Shown: one piece after another, positions 1 through 7,783 of the stretch
Numbering within the stretch: position 1 is the stretch's first letter
Layout: every line of letters begins with the position of its first letter
Source: Candidatus Electrothrix yaqonensis
GTDB lineage: Bacteria; Desulfobacterota; Desulfobulbia; Desulfobulbales; Desulfobulbaceae
Length of the DNA stretch: 32,000 bases
Assembly (NCBI GenBank): GCA_047651235.1
Contig: CP178758.1
Location: 2,460,001 to 2,492,000 of the forward strand
Direction: 5' to 3'
Program-made: the position numbers and the translations under genes
The notes under the pieces: model-generated
Database searches by the model: none
Seen by the model: the letters and a program-made list of their open reading frames with translations, nothing else
What the model was told of the DNA's origin: nothing

Positions 1-2
1 TT

Positions 3-221
3 GATCTTTCATTGCATGACAAAGAAAATGTCTATCTTTTCGAGTTAAAAACAGATTCCGCTGAAAAAGCTGTTCAGCAGATTGTTGAAAAAAACTATGC
101 CGGAGCCTATGCAAACAAGACCGTCTTTCTGATCGGGCTGCAGATCAACTTCAGTGAACGCAATATTATCCGGTATCTGACGCAAGATTACAGGCAGTCA
201 GGAGCAACAGAAAAAAAATAA
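3..221 (+). CDS. C-terminal fragment (5' end outside the window) of a PD-(D/E)XK nuclease-domain protein of the AAA-ATPase-like/PDDEXK type
   Basis: The frame is open from the window edge (DLSLHDKENVYLFELK...). It has D...ELK nuclease-core spacing and a family-typical tail (AVQQIVEKNY...VFLIGLQINF). Stop at 219-221. Confidence 0.5.
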   Translation, partial: DLSLHDKENVYLFELKTDSAEKAVQQIVEKNYAGAYANKTVFLIGLQINFSERNIIRYLTQDYRQSGATEKK

Positions 222-263
222 CTCCCCTTATGTCCCTCTCCTTTTTTTACGGAGGTATCTTCT

Positions 264-644
264 GTGAAACATGTAGGTTCGTTACGTTACGGCGTTATAT
301 TCAAGAAAGCCTTCAGCCACCCTGAGATTTTCACCTCCTTTGTCCGCGATGTCGAAACTCAGTACCGCCCTGAAATCAGCTCTATCTTTGATTACATAGA
401 AAAAAGCTGTATCAGCCCGCGAGATGCCGCTGAAATGAAGGAAGAGGCAGCCCGCGAGGAAAAATTCAAGGAATTGGAGGATGAACTCAAAGCGGTCAAA
501 TAGAATCTCGACGTAGCCAAGATTGAAGAACGCAAAGCAATCGCCCGGACTATGCTGAACAACGGTCTCAGTATTGAACAGGTGGCAAACTGTACGCAGC
601 GCAGGGTCGAACAGGTTACGGCACTGGACAAAGGGTGCAGGTGA
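264..644 (+). pseudogene. Remnant of an Rpn-family (PD-(D/E)XK recombination-promoting nuclease / putative transposase) gene
   Basis: GTG start. The N-terminus YGVIFKKAFSHPEIFTSFVRDV matches the conserved Rpn/TIGR01784-type N-terminus. The nuclease core is missing. There is an in-frame TAG at 501-503, after which the same frame continues with the typical C-terminal HTH-like tail (AIARTMLNNGLSIEQVANCT...) to a TGA at 642-644. Confidence 0.5.
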
Positions 645-652
645 GGAGTCAT

Positions 653-1849
653 CAGGGCTGTTCAATTCTATAAGAGCTTGTGTTTTCAAGAGGTATGCAG
701 TAATTGATACAGAAAAACTTTACACGAGGATTCTGCATGCTGTTTTTTTGCTGAACACAATCAAAGATCATCGACGCGGGCAGGGCCGGCGATATGAGCT
801 TACGCATATTCTTCTGTTTTCGATCATGGCGATCCTGAGCGGTTCGGATTCTTATCGCAAAAATCTGTTCGTTGATGCGCATCGTGAAAGGCTCAATGAA
901 TATTTCGGCCTGGACTGGAAAAAAGCTCCTGCATATACAACGATCCGCACTGTCATTCTGAATACTTCCGGTTCGGAACTTGAGCGGATTTTCAGGGAGC
1001 ACGGCAAAGCTCTCGCGGAAGAGGAACCGGACGGAGAATTTATTCATTGCGACGGCAAAACTCTCCGGGGAAGTTTCGATAACATGAAGGATATTAATCA
1101 GCTTCAGATATTGAGTGCTTTTGCTGGCGACCGCGCCGTCGTTCTCGGCCATGAAGAAATCAGGGAGAAAAGCAATGAAATCCCGGCGGCGCGGAAACTG
1201 ATGAAAGAACTCGGTTTATCCGACCGCATTTTTACCTTCGACGCCCTTCATTGTCAGAAAAAAACTCTTCAGGCCGCCGCTGAAACGGGAAACGATGTGA
1301 TTGCTCAGGTTAAAAAAAATCAGAAAACTCTCCTGAACGACTGTGAAAATATCGCGAATACGTCTGTTCCTGATGATGTTTTCACGGGGCCTTTTGAAAA
1401 AAAAACGAAACCGTATAGAGAGTCGCAAAGTGGAAGTTTTTCTGTCCCCGCTGCTTACGGATGCGAAAAAATGGAGTTCGGCCGAAGCCGTCATCAGAAT
1501 CGATCGATTTCGTCAGGTGTTTGATACAAAGAAGAAAAAATGGAAAAACACTCATGAGACATCCTTTTATGTTTCAACAGCCGGTTCGGACGCTGAAGAA
1601 ATATGTCAGGGAATCCTGGGGCATTGGCGGATCGAGAATGGAAATCATTATGTTCGGGATGTTTCTATGGGCGAAGACCGCTCCCGAATTCGTTGCAATC
1701 CGCACATATTTGCGAAACTGAGAAGCTTTGCTCTCAATATTCTTCGTAAGAACAAGGTGAAGAATGTCAGCCGGGAGCTTTTCAGGAACTGTATGGATAT
1801 AAATCGTCTGTTTGATTACGCCGGGATTTTCTAGAATTGAACAGCCCTG
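653..1849 (+). mobile_element. ISAs1-family insertion sequence, 1197 bp, with perfect 18-bp terminal inverted repeats
   Basis: CAGGGCTGTTCAATTCTA at 653-670 is the exact reverse complement of TAGAATTGAACAGCCCTG at 1832-1849. The repeats enclose a single transposase gene with the ISAs1 signature HWRIENGNHYVRDVSMGEDRSRIR. No clear target-site duplication was seen. Confidence 0.85.
737..1834 (+). pseudogene. ISAs1-family DDE transposase disrupted at two homopolymer tracts
   Basis: ATG 737 is out of frame with the main ORF. One extra T in the T7 run (743-749) would give MLFFLLNTIKDHRRGQGRRYEL. The reading frame switches again at the A9 run (1397-1405), from ...GPFEKK to KRNRIESRKVEVF... The two ORF-track pieces are 574..1524 and 1343..1834. 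Confidence 0.8.
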
Positions 1850-1936
1850 GGGTATTCAGGTTCTTGCCTACAGGGCGAAGGTCACGCCGGAATCAATCAG
1901 TATTACAGAGAAAATGGATATTTGCGAAAAACAGTC

Positions 1937-2650
1937 ATGAATAACAGGCAAAAAAAAGCAGTTATTCTGCTCAGCGGCGGCCTGGATTCCACCACAGTCC
2001 TGGCCATTGCCCGCTCCAGAGGCTTTCAGTGCTGCTGTCTCAGCTTCCGGTACGGTCAGAAACAGGATATCGAACTGCAACGGGCCGCAGCTGTTGCTGA
2101 AGTCATGCAGGTCAGCGAGCATCTGGTGCTGCGTCTCGATCTCGGTATCATCGGAGGATCGGCCCTGACTTCCTCTCTTGCGGTACCCAAGGATCGGCGT
2201 CCGGAAGAAATGGAACAGGAAATCCCTATCACCTATGTGCCTGCCCGCAATATAATTTTTCTTTCTCATGCCCTGGCTTGGGCAGAGGTCATCGGAGCCG
2301 AAGATATTTTTCTCGGCATCAATGCGGTGGACTACAGTGGTTACCCGGACTGCCGTCCGGATTTTCTGCACGCCTTTGAACAGGCAGCGAATCTCGGCAC
2401 CAAAGCGGGCAGCACCGGCAGGGCGTTTACCCTGCATGCCCCGCTGATTGCATTAAGCAAAAAAGAAATCATTCAGCTCGGTACCCGCCTGGGAGTGGAT
2501 TATTCCATCACGCACAGCTGCTATGATCCGGTGGACGGGCTTGCCTGCGGCCGCTGCGATGCCTGTGTTCTCCGTTTAAAGGGATTTGCCGAGGCCGGGC
2601 TTGAAGATCCGGCCTCATATGCTGCCCGGAAAACTCCGCCTGCTGAATGA
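1937..2650 (+). CDS. queC: 7-cyano-7-deazaguanine synthase
   Basis: PP-loop motif LLSGGLDS near the N-terminus. C-terminal Cys cluster CYDP...[14 protein letters not shown] 1937 is preferred over the TTG at 1922. Confidence 0.9.
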   Translation: MNNRQKKAVILLSGGLDSTTVLAIARSRGFQCCCLSFRYGQKQDIELQRAAAVAEVMQVSEHLVLRLDLGIIGGSALTSSLAVPKDRRPEEMEQEIPITYVPARNIIFLSHALAWAEVIGAEDIFLGINAVDYSGYPDCRPDFLHAFEQAANLGTKAGSTGRAFTLHAPLIALSKKEIIQLGTRLGVDYSITHSCYDPVDGLACGRCDACVLRLKGFAEAGLEDPASYAARKTPPAE

Positions 2651-2837
2651 TCTGTCCGTGTATCCGGAAGCGTCCTTATGATGCTCCGCGCTCCACCCTT
2701 ATCTTGCCCTCTTTTCCTCAGTTTCCCGGTTAAAAATTACTCACTCCGCCAGAAGAAAAACCGGCAGAGTGTGAAAGAATCACCCGGCTGTTTACAGGGG
2801 CAATGCTCCTTTCCGGAAGTTTCTTCTGTCCAAAATA

Positions 2838-2870
2838 CAATAATTATTATCCGGAATGCAATAATTATTA
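2838..2870 (+). promoter_or_regulatory. Two copies of CAATAATTATTA, each containing the perfect 10-bp palindrome AATAATTATT, spaced 21 bp apart; candidate enhancer-binding-protein UAS
   Basis: Copies at 2838-2849 and 2859-2870. Their centres lie about 79 and 100 bp upstream of the predicted start site of the sigma-54-like promoter at 2918-2933. Confidence 0.35.
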
Positions 2871-2917
2871 CTGATCAAGCCGGGTTGCCGGACTGTACCC
2901 AGGTTGTTGATTTTTGC

Positions 2918-2933
2918 AGGAACGGTATTTGCA
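2918..2933 (+). promoter_or_regulatory. Candidate sigma-54 (-24/-12) promoter
   Basis: aGGAACGgtatTTGCA compared with the consensus TGGCACG-N4-TTGCW. The GG (2919-2920) and GC (2931-2932) have the correct spacing, and 10 of 12 specified positions match. Confidence 0.4.
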
Positions 2934-3218
2934 TAAAAACTTGAAAGGGCTGGATTACCGAACTTTATCCGGCAGGGTCGGATTGAAAACACTCTGCATC
3001 GGATGCGGTAAAGAACATACTGCCTTTTCTGCTGTACCAGTACCATTTCCGACCAGCAGGATTTCTGCAACACCCCCTGAACCCCGTATTTATAGGATAC
3101 CGGAAAGCTGCTGATATTTTCCGGCCTCTTGTCATCAACCGATGACAGCGGTTCCTGTATCCTGCTGAAAATACTGTTCAGTTGATACCGCTCTGCTGCC
3201 GAAAAGTCCGGAAATGTG

Positions 3219-3247
3219 TTTACGAATAACGGTAAAGTATATATACT
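3219..3247 (+). promoter_or_regulatory. Candidate sigma-70 promoter for the PilZ gene
   Basis: TTTACG (3219-3224), a 17-bp spacer, then TATACT (3242-3247), about 70 nt upstream of ATG 3317. It overlaps the palindrome AGTATATATACT. Confidence 0.3.
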
Positions 3248-3316
3248 GTATATATCAACCTGATACGATCTTATGTCTCTGACTACCACAGTGTATTCCC
3301 TTAACGGCGGTAAATT

Positions 3317-3694
3317 ATGAACAACAAAAAACGTCAATTTACCAGGATACCCTTCCGTCGGCCTGTAACACTTGATTTCGGGAAAAAGAAATACGAATGT
3401 TCCGTAAAAAATTTTAGTCTCAGCGGAATGTATGTGCTCGGAAAGGTCGAGCAGCAGGAAGGGGATATGTGCGAGATCAGGTTGAGTATATCTGAAACCA
3501 ATCCGGTCGTGACGATCAAGGCAGTCTGTACGGTTGCCAGAAAGGATCGCGGCGGGCTGGGGCTCAAATTCACCTCTATGGAACCACAGAGTTTTCTCTT
3601 TCTTCAGGAAGTGATTCTGTATGAAAGCAATGCCCACTGGTGTCCCCAGCCGGGCAACTTTTTCTCTCCCTTATTCAACTGGAAAATGACCTGA
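3317..3694 (+). CDS. PilZ-domain protein (putative c-di-GMP receptor)
   Basis: The RxxxR motif (RQFTR) is at residues 6-10 and the (D/N)xSxxG motif (NFSLSG) follows about 20 residues later. The size is typical of a stand-alone PilZ protein. Confidence 0.8.
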   Translation: MNNKKRQFTRIPFRRPVTLDFGKKKYECSVKNFSLSGMYVLGKVEQQEGDMCEIRLSISETNPVVTIKAVCTVARKDRGGLGLKFTSMEPQSFLFLQEVILYESNAHWCPQPGNFFSPLFNWKMT

Positions 3695-3855
3695 TTTTCT
3701 GCTCCGTTCGGAGTACAGCTCCAGCTTCGTTGAGTAGCTTTTCTATAGGAAAACTATACAATACCCTGCGGAACCGGGCTGATGCTGTCCGGAGAAGATG
3801 TACGCGGTGTAAGCCTGCATCTCCTGCAGCAGGCCGGATTGCACAGATAAATTAG

Positions 3856-3888
3856 AATCCCTTCCGGGCAACCTGAAGGGATTTTTTT
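3856..3888 (+). terminator. Rho-independent terminator
   Basis: A 9-bp stem (AATCCCTTC / GAAGGGATT) with a 10-nt loop, followed by a T7 run. Confidence 0.75.
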
Positions 3889-3904
3889 ATGCCATTTTTT
3901 CAGC

Positions 3905-3933
3905 TTGACAGTAATAACCTATCGAACTATCCT
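3905..3933 (+). promoter_or_regulatory. Candidate sigma-70 promoter for the 3972 gene
   Basis: A perfect -35 TTGACA (3905-3910), a 17-bp spacer and a weak -10 TATCCT (3928-3933). Confidence 0.35.
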
Positions 3934-3971
3934 CAAAAACTGATCCGATCAATCCGATAAGGAACCAATTT

Positions 3972-4994
3972 ATGGAGAATGATGCAGTGACCAGACAGAT
4001 TCTGCAGGGTACCCGGAAAGCGGGAAAGGAATATACGTTTACTGCAGAAGAGCATGATCCGAACAGACCTGCTCAATGGTGGTTTCAGGAGTCGGATGAA
4101 GGGCTTATTCTCTTTATTGTGTTTTATTCCCAGGCCTGCCGATGGGCCCGCTGTCTCGGCTGTAATCTGCCTTCCAAAATGTCGGTGGAGCATGTCCCCT
4201 TTGATCACCTGATCAGGCAGACAGACTATCTGTTCAGCCTGCCTGAAATTATGGAACAAGCCGGTTCGATCAACAAACTGATTGTTTCCAACAACGGTTC
4301 GGTTCTGGACGAGGCCACCTTTTCTTCAACCGCCTTGATGTATCTCATGGCCCGTATAAACATGCATTTACGTTCCCTGAAAGTACTGGCGCTTGAGTCC
4401 AGGCCGGAATATGTCGAGACGGCTGAACTTGAATTCCTGGCCCGTGCTCTGCAGGAAGGAGAAAGAGCCACTGCCCTTGAGTTGTGCATAGGTTTTGAAG
4501 CCTTTGACGAACATATTCGCAATGATGTGTTCGATAAGGGACTGACCCTGCATCTTTTTGAACAGCTGGCGCAGAAAATATCTCCGTACGGCTACCGGCT
4601 GAAATGCTATTTTATGCTGAAACCAGTTCCCGGCATGAGCGATAGGGAAGCTGTTGAAGATATTCGGCAGGCCATTGACTACCTTGATGCAGTCAGCGCA
4701 AAATATAACCTTGCCGTGAACATGCACCTCAACCCGACGTATGCGGCCCGTGGCACCCTTTTGGGAAAAGCCTTCCTGCAGGGAGAATATACCCCTCCTA
4801 CGTTGTGCGATCTTGCCCAAGCAGCAGGTTATGCGGAAGGAAAGAATATCTCTGTCTTTCTCGGATTGTCGGATGAAGGACTTGCAGAACAAGGCGGCTC
4901 TTTTATCCGGGCAGGGGATGAAGACCTGATAGAACAGCTGGAAGAGTTTAACCGGACACAAAACTACCGTATCTTACGGGAGGTGCAGGCATGA
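3972..4994 (+). CDS. Radical-SAM-like protein (TIGR01210/Elp3-like flavour) with a non-canonical Cys triad
   Basis: A beta-strand (LILFIVFYS) is followed by ACRWARCLGC, a C-x4-C-x2-C triad. Later features are SNNGS and LESRPEYVE (an ExRPE-type strand) and a barrel-like alternation. The call is by motif only. Confidence 0.5.
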   Translation: MENDAVTRQILQGTRKAGKEYTFTAEEHDPNRPAQWWFQESDEGLILFIVFYSQACRWARCLGCNLPSKMSVEHVPFDHLIRQTDYLFSLPEIMEQAGSINKLIVSNNGSVLDEATFSSTALMYLMARINMHLRSLKVLALESRPEYVETAELEFLARALQEGERATALELCIGFEAFDEHIRNDVFDKGLTLHLFEQLAQKISPYGYRLKCYFMLKPVPGMSDREAVEDIRQAIDYLDAVSAKYNLAVNMHLNPTYAARGTLLGKAFLQGEYTPPTLCDLAQAAGYAEGKNISVFLGLSDEGLAEQGGSFIRAGDEDLIEQLEEFNRTQNYRILREVQA

Positions 4995-5009
4995 GTCCTT
5001 CCGAAAGAC

Positions 5010-5034
5010 CAGGGGCGATTGCCCTGTTTTTTTT
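5010..5034 (+). terminator. Rho-independent terminator after the radical-SAM-like gene
   Basis: CAGGG(G)C gatt GCCCTG stem followed by a T8 run. Confidence 0.65.
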
Positions 5035-5061
5035 ATAATTTTCCCTGAAGGAGAACAGAGC

Positions 5062-6789
5062 ATGTTGACACGAATTGTCCAGACAATACTTCTGACAGCA
5101 GCAACCCTTGTTGCCGTATCAGGAACGTCCTTTGCCGTGCAGTACGTTAAGGCCCCGCCTCTTGCTGACGCGGTGAAAGCGCAGGTTCAGGATGTTAAAG
5201 ACGGCAAAGCTGTCCGGGTGCCCCTGATTACCTGGGGGGGAGACATCGCCACCATCCTTGCCAACGGCAACAGCAGGACCACGACAGCGGGTTCCATTTT
5301 TGCCAAGCAGAATCTGCAACTCGAACTTACCCGCATAGATGACTTCAAGGAGCAGGTCAAAGCCTATATCCAGGGCGAAACCCCGTATCTGCGCGGCACG
5401 ATGGGGATGATCAACATGGCTGCCGAGCTGCTGAATCGTGATTCGCGAACCAATCCTGTCATTATCTATCAAATGACCTGGAGCAACGGCGGTGACTGTC
5501 TGGTGGTGAAACCGGGTATCAAGTCAGCCAAGGATCTGAAAGGGAAAACCATTGCCTTACAGGCCTACGGCCCCCATGTTGATTATCTGGCCAAGCTGCT
5601 CCGTGATGCTGGCCTGAAGATGTCGGATGTCAGCATTAAATGGGTGAAAGATCTTACCGGCACGGACAATACACCTGCCGAGGCCCTGCACAGCAAGGAT
5701 GTCGATGCCGCAATGGTGATTATCCCGGACGGCCTTATGCTGACCTCCAACGGTTCCGTAGGTACCGGGGCCGAAGGATCGGTCAAAGGAGCGAAAATTA
5801 TGCTTTCCACCAAGAGTGCCAACCGGATTATCGCGGATGTCTATGCGGTCCGCAGTGATTATTTCACGGCCCATAAACAGGAGGTGCAGAATTTCGTTCA
5901 CGGCCTGCTTATGGCGGAACAGGAGCTGAAGGCAACCTTTAAAAACAAAAAGAAACGGCTTGCCGAGTATAAAAAGACCGTCACTGCTGCTGCTGAAATC
6001 CTGCTCGACAGCAAGGCTGCCACCGCAGATGCCGAAGCCCTGTACGGGGACTGTGAATATGTGGGCTTCCAGGGTAATGTAAAGTTCTTTACCGATACAA
6101 ACTGGCCGCGCAATCTGCAGCGCCTTACTGATGAAGTCCAAGCCGCCTTTATTACCGGCGGATTGTTGAGCCGTAAAGTCCCCCTCGAAAAAGCGGAGTG
6201 GGACTATAATGCGCTCCGCAAGGGATTGAGCGGGGTTGATGATGTCGAAGCACCGAGATTCAACACCGAAGCAGTGGCCCAGGTCGTTGCTAAAAAACAG
6301 AACCTTGGCACTCTGGATGAAGGAGAACTCTTTTCATTTGAGGTCTTTTTTAAACCCAATCAAAATACTTTTTCAGCGGATCAGTACAGTGATGCCTTTG
6401 CCAAGGTTGTTAATCTGGCCTCCACCTACGGCGGCGCGGTGATCACGGTGGAAGGACATTCCGACCCTATGGGCTATCTGCGCAAACTCAAAGAAAAGGC
6501 ATCGGATATCGTCCTGACCCGGACAAAACAGGCGGCAAAAAACCTCAGTTTGACCAGGGCCATTGCGGTGCGGGATTCCATTATGGCCTACAGCACGAAA
6601 CAAGGTGTCCATCTTGACTCCAGTCAATTCACCGTGATCGGGCAGGGCATTATGCAGCCGCGTACCGGTCTCTGCGGAAAACTGCCCTGCGCTCCTAAAA
6701 GCAAAGAGGATTGGTTGAGCAATATGCGGGTGGTCTTCCGTATCATCCAGATCGAAGCTGAAGAAGAAGCCTTTATTCCCTTGGATTAA
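5062..6789 (+). CDS. Secreted periplasmic-binding-protein-like (NMT1/NitT-TauT type) / OmpA-like fusion protein
   Basis: - GAAGGAG RBS.
- Signal peptide ending VSGTSFA.
- The N-terminal ~400 aa look like a type-2 SBP.
- The C-terminus has OmpA_C-like motifs: VITVEGHSDPMG, NLSLTRAIAVRD, NMRVVFRI. Confidence 0.7.
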   Translation: MLTRIVQTILLTAATLVAVSGTSFAVQYVKAPPLADAVKAQVQDVKDGKAVRVPLITWGGDIATILANGNSRTTTAGSIFAKQNLQLELTRIDDFKEQVKAYIQGETPYLRGTMGMINMAAELLNRDSRTNPVIIYQMTWSNGGDCLVVKPGIKSAKDLKGKTIALQAYGPHVDYLAKLLRDAGLKMSDVSIKWVKDLTGTDNTPAEALHSKDVDAAMVIIPDGLMLTSNGSVGTGAEGSVKGAKIMLSTKSANRIIADVYAVRSDYFTAHKQEVQNFVHGLLMAEQELKATFKNKKKRLAEYKKTVTAAAEILLDSKAATADAEALYGDCEYVGFQGNVKFFTDTNWPRNLQRLTDEVQAAFITGGLLSRKVPLEKAEWDYNALRKGLSGVDDVEAPRFNTEAVAQVVAKKQNLGTLDEGELFSFEVFFKPNQNTFSADQYSDAFAKVVNLASTYGGAVITVEGHSDPMGYLRKLKEKASDIVLTRTKQAAKNLSLTRAIAVRDSIMAYSTKQGVHLDSSQFTVIGQGIMQPRTGLCGKLPCAPKSKEDWLSNMRVVFRIIQIEAEEEAFIPLD

Positions 6790-6800
6790 GGAGGACATTC

Positions 6801-7604
6801 ATGAAGAAATTATTCTGTAGATATGCAGCCACCCTCCTGACCCTGAGCATGATTCTGAGCGGATGCGGCGAAGATGCCGACCAACCCAAGCCCACTGCAC
6901 CGCAGAAGAAAAAAGTCGTTGTTCAGCAACAACAGAATGTGCCTTCTCCTTTTGAGCAGGCGGCAGAGTCAGCTGTCTGGCCGCCACCAGCCGAGGATCA
7001 GGCCAATATCCTGCCTGCCGATCAATGGACCGGAAAAAATTATGTGATGATTTTTGACGGCTCAGGCAGTATGGGTGACCGCGGTTGTTCCGGCAACACA
7101 ACAAAAAGTGTAGCAGCCAAGGAAGCCGTTGCGGAATGGGCCCAATCCGTCCCTGACGGTGCTAACCTGGGGCTTATTGTTTTTGATCAGAAAGGTTTTT
7201 CTGCCCGCCAGCAGCTGGGCCAAGGCGACCGCCAGCAGTTTGTTCAGCAGGTACAGGCTGTTGCGCCCGGTTCCGGCACCCCCTTGACCCGGGCCGTGCA
7301 AATGGCCTATGAACTCCTGACCAAGCAAGCCGGGAAACAACTGGGCTACGGTGAATATCATATGGTGATCGTCACCGACGGTGCCGCCAACCAGCCGGAG
7401 AGGCTGACCCAAACGGTCAACTCGGTGCTGGCCCATTCCCCGATTGTCATCAGCACTATCGGCTTCTGCATTGCTGAAACCCATTCGCTCAATCAGCCGG
7501 GCCGAACCATCTATAAGGCGGCAAATAATCCAGAAGCTCTTCGCCAAGGGCTGCAGGATATCCTGGCTGAATCCGAGTCGTTTGATGATGTAACAGCGTT
7601 TTGA
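6801..7604 (+). CDS. von Willebrand factor A (vWA) domain lipoprotein
   Basis: - AAGGAGG RBS, 11 nt after the previous stop.
- Lipobox LSGC.
- Pro/Gln-rich linker.
- MIDAS motif DGSGS (MIFDGSGSMG) and a downstream VIVTDG strand. Confidence 0.8.
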   Translation: MKKLFCRYAATLLTLSMILSGCGEDADQPKPTAPQKKKVVVQQQQNVPSPFEQAAESAVWPPPAEDQANILPADQWTGKNYVMIFDGSGSMGDRGCSGNTTKSVAAKEAVAEWAQSVPDGANLGLIVFDQKGFSARQQLGQGDRQQFVQQVQAVAPGSGTPLTRAVQMAYELLTKQAGKQLGYGEYHMVIVTDGAANQPERLTQTVNSVLAHSPIVISTIGFCIAETHSLNQPGRTIYKAANNPEALRQGLQDILAESESFDDVTAF

Positions 7605-7639
7605 AGTATACTTTTCACCGGAATAAAATGCGTTTTTCT

Positions 7640-7745
7640 GTCCCGGCCTTGAAAGACCGGGCTATGTTCGGCAGTCCCTTCGGGACGCTGTTTTCGTGCA
7701 GCCCCGAAGGGGCGACAGAGAATAGCCCACTGTTTTAACGGTGGG
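7640..7745. repeat. REP-like composite hairpin element inside the 179-nt intergenic gap
   Basis: - Four stem-loops: CCCGG/CCGGG at 7642-7661, GTCCC-TTC-GGGAC at 7674-7686, GCCCC-GAA-GGGGC at 7701-7713, and CCCACTGTT/AACGGTGGG at 7726-7745.
- Two inverted ~28-nt units (7659-7686 and 7701-7728) share 21/28 identity, with GGGCTAT...CCCTTCGGG cores. Confidence 0.5.
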
Positions 7746-7783
7746 CGTCGGGATCGAAAAACGCAAGTGAGCCAAAGACCAAC

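Noticed and set aside
574-652. N-terminal extension of the transposase ORF upstream of the IS left inverted repeat
   Set aside because: The open frame crosses the IS boundary at 653 by chance. The transposase must start inside the element.
1850-1936. Possible preQ1 riboswitch upstream of queC
   Set aside because: No preQ1-I/II-like stem plus A-rich tail could be recognised. The region is immediately flanked by the IS right end.
2792-3637. 281-aa minus-strand ORF spanning the queC-PilZ intergenic region
   Set aside because: It has no recognisable motifs or RBS. It runs antisense through the well-supported PilZ gene and across the promoter-like elements. Its composition looks like the shadow of non-coding and antisense sequence.
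5027-5045. TATAAT hexamer right after the 5010-5034 terminator as the promoter for the envelope cluster
   Set aside because: The only -35-like hexamer (TTGCCC) is 9 bp away, which is the wrong spacing. The hexamer is part of the terminator T-run context. The cluster promoter remains unidentified.
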